NCBI GenBank assembly: GCA_947302045.1
Contig: CAMYUQ010000001.1
Location: forward strand, 6,035 to 70,034
Reading direction: 5' to 3'
Origin: an uncultured Clostridia bacterium
GTDB lineage: Bacteria; Bacillota; Clostridia; Oscillospirales; CAG-272
Length of the DNA: 64,000 bases
The notes under the pieces are model-generated. The model did not search any database, was not told the DNA's origin, and worked only from the letters and a program-made list of their open reading frames with translations. Below, piece after piece: positions 56,148-63,665 of the stretch. How positions within the stretch are numbered: the first letter of the stretch is position 1; every line of letters begins with the position of its first letter. The position numbers were made by a program, and so were the translations under genes.

Positions 56148-56200
56148 CTCAAAATATCCTCCTTTGATTTTTGATTTTTATTTTGTGTCCGGTTTTGATT

Positions 56201-57148
56201 TCAATTTTCCGACTCGGGATCCAATCCCATCTGCAACATCAGTTTTTTGTTGAACTCGGCGGCGGTATTATATCCCATCCGTTTCTGCCGGTTGTTCATC
56301 GCCGCGATTTCCAGAATGATCGCGAGGTTTCGTCCGGGACGTACCGGAACCGTTACGGCGGGGATCTCCAAGCCGAGAATATTGACCGTTTCCTCCTCCA
56401 TTCCGAGCCGGTCGTACATCTTCCCTTCCACCCAGTTTTCAAGCTGAATCACGAGGTCGATCCGCTCGGTGTCCTTGATCGCCCCCATACCGAACAGGCG
56501 GCGCACATCCACGATCCCGATCCCGCGCAGTTCCACGTAATGGCGGATCATCTCCGGTGCAGAGCCGACCAGCGTCTTTTCGGAAACCCGTTTGATCTCC
56601 ACCGCGTCGTCGGCGATGAGCCGATGTCCGCGCTTGACCAGTTCGATGGCGGTTTCGCTTTTTCCGACGCCGCTGTCCCCGAGCAGGAGCAAGCCCTCGC
56701 CGTAAACCTCCACCAGCACGCCGTGCCGGGTGATACGCGGTGCGAGGTAAGTATTCAGCGACGCGATCAGGCTCGACATGATCGGGCTTGTTTTGATCGG
56801 CGTACGCAGGACTGGAACCTGCTGTTTCTTTGCCCTCTCGATCAGAGCGTCGTCAACCGGAAGATCTCTTGTATATAGGATCGCCACCGGTTTTGCGTCC
56901 ACGAGCTTTTGGAGCATCAACCGCTTGGTGCTCGGTTCGAGCGACGCCAGATATTTCGTTTCGGCTTCCCCGATCAGCTGGATCCGTTCGGTATCAAAAA
57001 TTTCATAGAACCCTGCCAACGCAAGGCCGGGACGGTTGACTTCCGGCGTTTGGATCATGATCTGATCAAAATGTTCGGGACGAACGATCACCTCAAAGTG
57101 AAATTCATCCACAATTTTGGAAAGCGCGATCTCATAGGTCGCTTTCAT
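56201..57148 (-). CDS. hprK: HPr kinase/phosphorylase
   Basis: Start at ATG 57146-57148 (MKATYEIALSKIVDEF..) after GGGGGAGGA. Walker A GDSGVGKSETAIELV. ..RGIGIVDVRRLFG... Confidence 0.92.
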   Translation of the reverse strand: MKATYEIALSKIVDEFHFEVIVRPEHFDQIMIQTPEVNRPGLALAGFYEIFDTERIQLIGEAETKYLASLEPSTKRLMLQKLVDAKPVAILYTRDLPVDDALIERAKKQQVPVLRTPIKTSPIMSSLIASLNTYLAPRITRHGVLVEVYGEGLLLLGDSGVGKSETAIELVKRGHRLIADDAVEIKRVSEKTLVGSAPEMIRHYVELRGIGIVDVRRLFGMGAIKDTERIDLVIQLENWVEGKMYDRLGMEEETVNILGLEIPAVTVPVRPGRNLAIILEIAAMNNRQKRMGYNTAAEFNKKLMLQMGLDPESEN

Positions 57149-57190
57149 CCAATCCTCCCCCTTTCTCCCTGCACACTCTCTGTTTTCCTC

Positions 57191-57219
57191 ATTATACCAT
57201 ATTTTGTACGGAAAAGCAA
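57191..57219 (-). promoter_or_regulatory. Promoter for hprK
   Basis: Minus strand reads TTGCTT (57219-57214), 17-nt spacer ending TGG, TATAAT (57196-57191). Confidence 0.7.
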
Positions 57220-57339
57220 ATGGTTTTTGCAAAAAAGCGGTGAAATGTTTATGGTAATATGTATTGCGAAAGGGTTTTGGAACCTTTTCAAAAAAAATAC
57301 GCCCGAAAAAGGGCAAAGAAAAGGAGGTCATCGAGAAAG

Positions 57340-57912
57340 ATGGCAACAGCAGAAAAGGTGACGGGAAAGGTCACGGAAAAGGCAGCAGAAAAGGTACAGG
57401 AGATGGAAGCGGCGAAAGTCGCCCGGTCGATGGAGGCGCAGGAAGCACCGGAAGAGGCAGACGTTCTTTCGGATGACGAATTGCCTACCGATCTGGAAGG
57501 CATGGAAAACACGGGGCTTGTAGTTGAACGCCGGAAAGTGCCGTCCACCAAAAAGAAAGGCGAAAAGATCTGGGTTTACTTTGTTTCCGGTATTCTCCGG
57601 AATCGTGAAGTACAAGCCGGACTTCTTGCCTACGATGTCGGCGGCTACTCTCTTCTGGATCTTGTGTTTGATGGTACAACGGAAGTTCCTCTTTGGCGCA
57701 AGCATTATGAGGTTCGCGACAATGACGGAAAAGTTTCGATGACCGGTTACCATTATTACGCTGTCAGCGTAGATGATGACGGAACGGCATACCTTGCGCA
57801 GGTCAAGCCGTCTGCAAAGTCGGATAATTCGTTCCTTGAAGCTCTGATCAAGAAGTTTTCCCTTGCCGAACAACAGCGAAAGGACGGTGATCGGATTGCA
57901 TCCGAGGGATAA
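57340..57912 (+). CDS. Hypothetical protein (191 aa): Lys/Glu/Ala-rich acidic N-region + ~110-aa beta-rich C-domain
   Basis: ATG 57340 lies 12 nt after AAGGAGG. MATAEKVTGKVTEKAAEKVQEMEAAK..; C-domain ..KIWVYFVSGILRNREVQAGLLAYDVGGYSLLDLVF..GYHYYAVSVDDDGTAYLAQVKP... Confidence 0.6.
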   Translation: MATAEKVTGKVTEKAAEKVQEMEAAKVARSMEAQEAPEEADVLSDDELPTDLEGMENTGLVVERRKVPSTKKKGEKIWVYFVSGILRNREVQAGLLAYDVGGYSLLDLVFDGTTEVPLWRKHYEVRDNDGKVSMTGYHYYAVSVDDDGTAYLAQVKPSAKSDNSFLEALIKKFSLAEQQRKDGDRIASEG

Positions 57913-58126
57913 AGCGAAGCGGTACGCCGCCGAGTTGAGATCCCGAACCGGTTCCGATGGGAAACGATTAACAGACAATCAAATCAATTTTCGGATCGGA
58001 TATTTGCGAGCCCGACAGGATGCCGGAGAGGCATATCGCGCGTGGAAAGCGTCGCAGCGTCGTGGCAGCTTTGACACCGATGAATTTTATCAGGCCGCGC
58101 TGCGGCGAACAAAACAAAAGAAATGA
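57863..58126 (+). CDS. Hypothetical small basic protein (87 aa)
   Basis: Overlaps the previous gene by 50 nt in another frame. ..KRYAAELRSRTGSDGKRLTDNQINFRIGYLRARQDAGEAYRAWKASQRRG..RRTKQKK. Start uncertain. Confidence 0.45.
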   Translation: MPNNSERTVIGLHPRDKAKRYAAELRSRTGSDGKRLTDNQINFRIGYLRARQDAGEAYRAWKASQRRGSFDTDEFYQAALRRTKQKK

Positions 58127-58142
58127 GAAAAAAGGAGAAAAC

Positions 58143-58700
58143 ATGAGAAGTTTGAAAAAAGGTCTTTGGATCGTGGGGCTGATTGCCGTGGTAATCGTCC
58201 TGCTGGTTCTGGTAGTCAAGGTCTTTGGCGTTGGCGGTAAGAAGGTTACCAATCCGGACAACCTTGTCAGCATTGACAATATCGGCGCGACCGAATATGC
58301 AACTACGACCGGCAACACCGGGTATGGCATCAATGTTACGGTCAATGACAAAGGTGCAATCAAGATGACCGGCAAGGCAACCGGCAATATGGAATACGAA
58401 ATTTGCACGGTTACCCTTACCGCCGGAGAAACCTACTATCTTTCTTCCGGTGTGAACGGTCAATCCCGTGTAGCCGGAACCAACGCAAGCGAAAAGGGTT
58501 ATGCTCTCGTCCTGAAAGACAACAACGGTGTGATCCATGCGGATCTGGATGGCAAATTCATTGCGGGAAGCAATCCCTATACGCTTGAAATCATCGTTCT
58601 GAAAGATACCAATCTGGGTGTCTTTGGCAAAACCTTCAAACCGGTGCTTGTGGAAGGCGCGAAAGCAGGCGCATTCTTGACGGTTGAAGCAGCAGATTGA
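58143..58700 (+). CDS. Hypothetical N-terminally membrane-anchored protein (185 aa)
   Basis: ATG 58143 after AAAGGAGAAAAC. MRSLKKGLWIVGLIAVVIVLLVLVVKVFG followed by a Gly/Thr/Asn-rich beta-type ectodomain. Confidence 0.7.
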   Translation: MRSLKKGLWIVGLIAVVIVLLVLVVKVFGVGGKKVTNPDNLVSIDNIGATEYATTTGNTGYGINVTVNDKGAIKMTGKATGNMEYEICTVTLTAGETYYLSSGVNGQSRVAGTNASEKGYALVLKDNNGVIHADLDGKFIAGSNPYTLEIIVLKDTNLGVFGKTFKPVLVEGAKAGAFLTVEAAD

Positions 58701-58721
58701 GATCCTGCACATATTGAAAAT

Positions 58722-58758
58722 AGCCCGTCTGTTCAAAATTGAATAGGCGGGCTGTTTT
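58722..58758 (+). terminator. Intrinsic terminator
   Basis: AGCCCGTCT..AGGCGGGCT, with inner TTCAA/TTGAA pairing, followed by GTTTT. Confidence 0.7.
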
Positions 58759-58775
58759 CCATAGGAGGGTGAAAA

Positions 58776-59171
58776 TTGAAACTCTATGATATAGACGATG
58801 AATATATGTTCCGAACCGGCGAAAAAAATGGGAAACACACCTATGCTGTTTATTATGACCGCAAGGCAAAACGGTATAAGGCGATCCAGACAACGCATTT
58901 ATATCGGAAAGACAATCGGAGAGATGCCGAAATTAAGGCAGGGGCGCTGATGAAAGAACAATTACCGACCTTTGAAGGAATCCCTTCCTGTGTTCGAAAT
59001 TACGCCTATACAACGGATGTGAATGGAAACAAAATCAATTTGAAAAGTCCTCATGTAAAAGAGCGGACTAAATGGCATCTTTCCAAAAAGACATCCAACC
59101 GAATCCGACAATTTGCTTCTGCCGTTTTCCGGCATAAAAAGAAAACACCATCGAGTAAAACAAAACGATAG
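58776..59171 (+). CDS. Hypothetical basic protein (131 aa)
   Basis: TTG start 4 nt after GGAGGGTG. MKLYDIDDEYMFRTGEKNGKHTYAVYYDRKAKRYKAIQTTHLYRKD.. with basic tail RHKKKTPSSKTKR. Ends in TAG. Confidence 0.6.
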   Translation: MKLYDIDDEYMFRTGEKNGKHTYAVYYDRKAKRYKAIQTTHLYRKDNRRDAEIKAGALMKEQLPTFEGIPSCVRNYAYTTDVNGNKINLKSPHVKERTKWHLSKKTSNRIRQFASAVFRHKKKTPSSKTKR

Positions 59172-59179
59172 TTCTCGAT

Positions 59180-59231
59180 GACAAAAAGAGAGGGGAGTGT
59201 AAACACTCCCCCGGAGATGATTTTCATCCTG
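59180..59231 (-). ncRNA. Candidate ~50-nt antisense small RNA in the 59171/59299 intergenic region
   Basis: Minus strand has TTGACA (59265-59260), a 17-nt spacer ending TGA and TATTCT (59242-59237). Downstream is a 5' hairpin GATGA-AAA-TCATC, then GGGGAGTG-TTTA-CACTCCCC + TCTCTTTTT. The U-run follows the hairpin only on the minus strand. Confidence 0.3.
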
Positions 59232-59298
59232 TTATTAGAATATCACAAAAATCTCCGGATGTCAAGTAATCCGGGCAAAAAAGAAAGGAAAAAAGAAA

Positions 59299-59838
59299 AT
59301 GAAAAAAGTTTTGAAAAGAATTGGTCTGATTTCTCTGTGCCTTATTCTTCTGGTTATTTCGGCAATCGGAGTTCGCGCGCTTCTGAATGCAAGCAGTACA
59401 GGAAAAACGGCTACCAGAACGGGAACGGTTCAAAGAGGGGGAACAACGATTTACCGGAACGGCGTTGCTCTCACGGAATTTGATTTGGATGGGTTCATGG
59501 AAGAGCTTGAAGAAAGCGGTTCCGGCGAAGAGGAAGAAGAACCGGCAACGATGTATCAGCATGTTGTAACGCTTCTTTATCAGCCGAGCAATTATGATTA
59601 TTACTATTATTCTTTTGAGGTTGTTTCGGCCAGAGACTCTGCTTTTACCGACCTTTCGGATATTCCCAATGGATTCTATGAGGGGACTTCAGCTTATGAT
59701 AATCCCAATAATGTTACAGATAATTGTCTGTTCTTGATTGAACCACGCTCGTTTTATGTCCTTTCAAATGGTTCCTTTTTTCAAACTAGTGTTTCTTTCC
59801 TTACCGATGATGTAACGGCAATATCCAACAATACGTAA
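59299..59838 (+). CDS. Hypothetical membrane-anchored protein (179 aa), one copy of a novel ~100-aa domain
   Basis: MKKVLKRIGLISLCLILLVISAIGVRAL.., acidic linker EESGSGEEEEEP, then ..HVVTLLYQPSNYDYYYYSFEVVSARDSAFTDLSDIPNGFYEG... Confidence 0.7.
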   Translation: MKKVLKRIGLISLCLILLVISAIGVRALLNASSTGKTATRTGTVQRGGTTIYRNGVALTEFDLDGFMEELEESGSGEEEEEPATMYQHVVTLLYQPSNYDYYYYSFEVVSARDSAFTDLSDIPNGFYEGTSAYDNPNNVTDNCLFLIEPRSFYVLSNGSFFQTSVSFLTDDVTAISNNT

Positions 59839-59851
59839 AAAAGGAGGAACC

Positions 59852-60736
59852 ATGAGAAAGATACTGAAAGCGATTGGTCTGATCTTTATGTGCTTGACGC
59901 TTGTGGTTGTTGCGGCGGCAGGCATTCGTGCGCTTTCGCAAACAAGCCAAACGGGAAGCAGAACGACAGCCGGCAAGGTAACCAAGCCGGCAAGCGGATC
60001 CGAGCAGGAGCCCGGCACAACTCCCGGGAACGGATCCACGGAAGAGCCCGGAACAACGCCGAGCGAACCGGATCCGGAAAACTCGGTTCAATATAGTCAT
60101 GCTATTGTTCTTCTTTATTCACCTACGGGAGATTCAACGGATGACGTTCGATATACCGTTGGATTCCGTTCTTCGAGCAGCTCTGCGGTAACAAGTCTTT
60201 CGCAGATTCCGAACGCAACTTATATAAGTTCGGGGTCATATTATTCGATTTATAACGGTTCGTTCCGCCTTTATCGGGATGCGTCTTTCTCGGAATATGA
60301 TGTGATTTCCGTGACGATCGAATCCGATCGTGTCACCGAGGTCAACGGATCGTCGCAGGAAGCCTCAACAACGCCGGGAAGCGGATCTACGGAAGAATCC
60401 GGAACGACACCCGGGAACGGATCCACAGAAGAACCCGGAACGACGCCGAGCGAACCGGATCCGGGAAATCCAACCTTGTATATTCATTCCGTTCGGCTTG
60501 TCTATTCGCCTACGGATTATGATATCTCTTACTATACAATTGAATTCAGTTCTTCGAGTAGCTCTCCTGTTACAAGTCTTTCGGAAATTCCGGATGGCGT
60601 TTATCTTTGTGAAGGAAATTATTACAAAATTGAAGATGGTGTGTTCTATCTTGATGCAAGTGGTGGAAACGGTTCGGAGTATGTTCCCTATGGTGTTGGA
60701 TATGTAACTGTTGACTTCGATCAGGTTCACAGTTGA
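59852..60736 (+). CDS. Hypothetical membrane-anchored protein (294 aa), two copies of the same domain separated by Pro/Thr/Gly/Glu linkers
   Basis: MRKILKAIGLIFMCLTLVVVAAAGIRAL.. is paralogous to 59299-59838. Domains are ..AIVLLYSPTGDSTDDVRYTVGFRSSSSSAVTSLSQIPNATY.. and ..SVRLVYSPTDYDISYYTIEFSSSSSSPVTSLSEIPDGVY... Confidence 0.72.
   Translation: MRKILKAIGLIFMCLTLVVVAAAGIRALSQTSQTGSRTTAGKVTKPASGSEQEPGTTPGNGSTEEPGTTPSEPDPENSVQYSHAIVLLYSPTGDSTDDVRYTVGFRSSSSSAVTSLSQIPNATYISSGSYYSIYNGSFRLYRDASFSEYDVISVTIESDRVTEVNGSSQEASTTPGSGSTEESGTTPGNGSTEEPGTTPSEPDPGNPTLYIHSVRLVYSPTDYDISYYTIEFSSSSSSPVTSLSEIPDGVYLCEGNYYKIEDGVFYLDASGGNGSEYVPYGVGYVTVDFDQVHS
60023..60080 (+). repeat. Intragenic direct repeat, copy 1 (encodes PGNGSTEEPGTTPSEPDP linker)
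   Basis: CCCGGGAACGGATCCACGGAAGAGCCCGGAACAACGCCGAGCGAACCGGATCCGGAAAA differs from copy 2 at 4 positions. Confidence 0.85.
60410..60467 (+). repeat. Intragenic direct repeat, copy 2 (387 nt downstream of copy 1)
   Basis: CCCGGGAACGGATCCACAGAAGAACCCGGAACGACGCCGAGCGAACCGGATCCGGGAAA. Confidence 0.85.
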
Positions 60737-60755
60737 GAGGGGGGAAAATATTTCA

Positions 60756-63221
60756 GTGAAAAAAAGGTTGAAACAGATCTGTTCTTTCGGGCTTTTCTGT
60801 TTTATGGTTTTTCTTGCCGTTTTCACATCGGTTGCTTCGGCATTTGATCCGCAGGCATCCATTCCGCCGGAAGTAGTCAAGTATTACGATAACCTTGAAA
60901 TTGAGGGGACGGATCTTTTCCTCGGCTTGCAAGATTGGTTTGAAGATAAGAAAGGTTCAATTCACAACTATGAACAGGGCTCTTTTGAAAATCTTCAATA
61001 TGGCGAGCTTACCATTTCCAGATGTTCCTATTATATGGCGCAAGCAAGTTTCACTTTCCGGCTTGAAAGCGGGCAATATTATATCATGGATGTGAGCGAT
61101 TCGGTTTACCAATTCGTGAACTTGAATTTGAAAAATTCGCGGGGCGATTATGTTGACCTGCGGAGTGACGGAAGATCTTCCGGACGGTATTCTTATATTT
61201 TCTGCCCGAATGAGGAATTCTGCCTGCTTTCGTTTTCATGCGCAAACTTTTATGAGTTCGACGGGCATTTTTACAAAGTCAGCAATTTTGAATCGGTTTA
61301 TGACGTTTCGAGAACGTTCTTTGAGGAAGATATGCAATACCTTTTCGACGGGAAGATCGATTTGAGCAAATATTCCACAAAGAAAGCAGCGTCAAACGAT
61401 CACAAAACCTGTCCCTATATTGATCTCGTTGCGGCGCATTCGGATGTTGTATTCAGCGAGTGGGGGACAGGCTCCGTTCAAAGCGGAAACGATTATCTTT
61501 ATATCTACAACAGCTATGGGGAACATCCTGTAAGCGGAACGATTCAGTTCAGTTCCGAATATAGTGCTGCGTTGGAAGTCGTTTCCACCTCCCGCTTTTT
61601 CACGAAATTTTCAACCAGATGTGCATCTCAATTCAACCAAACCAAAACCAGACGGGTTCCGATTCAATCCATCACTTTGAATTTCCTGAACGGTACTTTC
61701 CGAGTATATCCGTTTAAGGATTTTTACATCAGTTTTCAGTACACCAACCAAACAGATTGGGAAGTGGAACACGTTATTTTTGACGGGCAGCAAAAGGTAA
61801 CTCTTGACATCGATTATACGTATTGGCGGCAAGCGGATTTTTCCAGTAAAGGAATTGGATGGCACAATCAGGTTGACAGCATATATTTTGCTGTTCCGAA
61901 CGATTTGCTTCAGGGGGATCGCTTGGTTAATGCAAAGCTTGCGTATCAGAAAGTGACAACCAAACCGATTGTAGTAACCAAAACCGGTGATAACATCAAT
62001 GGAACGTACGTTTCACAATGGTTTGCCGAAACGGCTGCTAATCCGTTCAATGAATTGACACATAATCAGGGTTGGGTGCGATATCAAAAAGGCGTTCCAT
62101 ATTTTTGTGCCAATCCTTCTGGTGCGCTTTCTTCATTGCTTATGGAAGCTAATGGTTCTTATGTAGATTATGATTATTCATTTAATGTACGTTCAGGGTC
62201 GTCCAGGTGTGGTGATCATTCGCTATATTCCGTTTATTGGGCTTTTGACGTAAAAGATCCGACAATAGTCGATAAAATTCCGGATAATGGTGTTAATTCT
62301 TTGCAGAATTCCGCTTTGTCAGATCCTCGTGCAATTGTTTCTCGGGAACAGTTGGAGGAATGGATGCTGAATTATACCCTTGTTGGCGCTCCAAGTACAG
62401 TTCAAGCGGCAACCGCAGACGAAACCGGAACGCAAGCCGTCAATGCTGTTTTGTTCAGTGATATTCAAGAACCGGCTGTTCGTCTTGCATCTGATGTTAC
62501 CGGTGAAAAACTTGAACAGTTTGGCGCCACACATAATTTTTGGCAAAATCTTTCGGTTGGTTGGAGTTATGCGTTTGCCGTCTTAACCGGTGCAGTTGAT
62601 GTTTCCCCGGTTGAGCTGGATCGGGCTATTTGGGAAATAGAATCTCTTGATTTTTTCACTGTTGCCGGAGCTTCGGATTACTATAAATACGCCACGTCCG
62701 ATGTGGATAATATGAAGAGTCTGTATGCTGATTGTCAAAAGAATGATCAAAAAATGTTTTTGGTTCATTTTGATACCAGCCAATATTATTCAGCTTCTTT
62801 TTGGGGGAAATATAAAGCAGGAAACGTAGATAACGGTGATGAATCTGTCTTTTATGGTTATCTCGCCATTGAGGATCTGTATTTGGATCTTCACGTTTTG
62901 GAGCTGTATATCCAAAACGCGAACGGAAGGGTTACTCCCGTTGCGGTAGATTCCAATCATATCAATGGCATTGCAGATGTTACACCCGCGCCGGACTCTA
63001 TGGAACTGGGACATGCAGCCGGGGTTGCGTTGCTGAATCAGTTCAATATCGGATGGAGCAACATGCAGGATCTTTTAAAAAAAGCACTTGTCGTGATCCT
63101 CATTCTTGTGATCGTGATCGTAACGATCTGGGCGGTCAGCAAAATTGTCGGCATTTTCAAGAAAAATAAAGCGAATCCTTCCGACCGGCCGCGAAGCCGT
63201 CACCGACGATGGAGGCGCTGA
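60756..63221 (+). CDS. Hypothetical 821-aa type I membrane protein (signal peptide, large ectodomain, C-terminal TM helix, Arg-rich tail)
   Basis: GTG 60756, 11 nt after GAGAGGGGGG. VKKRLKQICSFGLFCFMVFLAVFTSVASA/FDP.. at the N-terminus; the C-terminus is ..LLKKALVVILILVIVIVTIWAVSKIVGIFKKNKANPSDRPRSRHRRWRR. No family recognised. Confidence 0.75.
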   Translation: MKKRLKQICSFGLFCFMVFLAVFTSVASAFDPQASIPPEVVKYYDNLEIEGTDLFLGLQDWFEDKKGSIHNYEQGSFENLQYGELTISRCSYYMAQASFTFRLESGQYYIMDVSDSVYQFVNLNLKNSRGDYVDLRSDGRSSGRYSYIFCPNEEFCLLSFSCANFYEFDGHFYKVSNFESVYDVSRTFFEEDMQYLFDGKIDLSKYSTKKAASNDHKTCPYIDLVAAHSDVVFSEWGTGSVQSGNDYLYIYNSYGEHPVSGTIQFSSEYSAALEVVSTSRFFTKFSTRCASQFNQTKTRRVPIQSITLNFLNGTFRVYPFKDFYISFQYTNQTDWEVEHVIFDGQQKVTLDIDYTYWRQADFSSKGIGWHNQVDSIYFAVPNDLLQGDRLVNAKLAYQKVTTKPIVVTKTGDNINGTYVSQWFAETAANPFNELTHNQGWVRYQKGVPYFCANPSGALSSLLMEANGSYVDYDYSFNVRSGSSRCGDHSLYSVYWAFDVKDPTIVDKIPDNGVNSLQNSALSDPRAIVSREQLEEWMLNYTLVGAPSTVQAATADETGTQAVNAVLFSDIQEPAVRLASDVTGEKLEQFGATHNFWQNLSVGWSYAFAVLTGAVDVSPVELDRAIWEIESLDFFTVAGASDYYKYATSDVDNMKSLYADCQKNDQKMFLVHFDTSQYYSASFWGKYKAGNVDNGDESVFYGYLAIEDLYLDLHVLELYIQNANGRVTPVAVDSNHINGIADVTPAPDSMELGHAAGVALLNQFNIGWSNMQDLLKKALVVILILVIVIVTIWAVSKIVGIFKKNKANPSDRPRSRHRRWRR

Positions 63222-63224
63222 CCG

Positions 63225-63533
63225 ATGATGAACCGCAAGAGAAAACCGGCTGTCAAGAAAAGGCAGCCGGCAAAGGAAACATTTCCGCATTTCCGCAAGT
63301 ATAGAAAATCTAATCATCCGGCTTTGATTTTGGCAGAGGTCAATGACAACAAAGATTATTTGTTTCGTAAGACTTCTCATAAAAAAACAGTTGCTCGGAA
63401 AAGGGGTTATGAGGAAGTAAGCCCTAATCCTAATCCTAATGACCCAGAGCCGATGATTATTGAAAAACGAAAGCGTGTAGATAAAAAGTCAAATTTTTAT
63501 CCTCGCCCATATCCGTGGAAATATAACAAATAA
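63225..63533 (+). CDS. Hypothetical very basic protein (102 aa)
   Basis: Starts 3 nt after the previous stop. MMNRKRKPAVKKRQPAKETFPHFRKYRKSNHPALILAEVNDNKDYLFRKTSHKK..NPNPNDPEPMIIEKRKRVDKKSNF..PWKY. Confidence 0.65.
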   Translation: MMNRKRKPAVKKRQPAKETFPHFRKYRKSNHPALILAEVNDNKDYLFRKTSHKKTVARKRGYEEVSPNPNPNDPEPMIIEKRKRVDKKSNFYPRPYPWKYNK

Positions 63534-63600
63534 AAAAAGTAGTGCCAGCAAGAGTTTCCTCCGCAAAAATGACATTCCTTAACAGGTTGTCGCACTACTT
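63531..63600 (-). ncRNA. Candidate ~65-nt countertranscript between 63225-63533 and the last ORF
   Basis: Minus strand has TTGACT (63634-63629), a 16-nt spacer ending TGG and TATAAT (63612-63607). The predicted RNA carries AGTAGTGC (comp. of 63592-63599) pairing with GCACTACT (comp. of 63538-63545), followed by TTTTTTTATTT. An alternative AGCAAG/CTTGCT pairing crosses it. Confidence 0.3.
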
Positions 63601-63665
63601 GCTATTATTATACCACAAAAAATCAGAAAGTCAACACTTTTGAAGAAAAAAGGAGAAAAAAAACA

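Noticed and set aside
59178-59483. 101-aa + strand ORF (MTKREGSVNTPPEMIFILLLEYHKNLR..) overlapping the 59171/59299 intergenic region and the start of 59299-59838. It was also considered as a type I toxin partner for the candidate antisense RNA.
   Set aside because: It overlaps a better-supported gene (SD, signal anchor, paralogue) in another frame. It has no SD, and only a short hydrophobic patch that does not form a credible small-toxin ORF.
59989-60470. Repeated ~58-96-nt units, considered as a possible CRISPR or tandem-repeat array.
   Set aside because: There are only two copies, 387 nt apart. Both are in frame inside one ORF and encode the same Pro/Thr/Gly/Glu linker. This is an intragenic domain duplication, not a CRISPR array.
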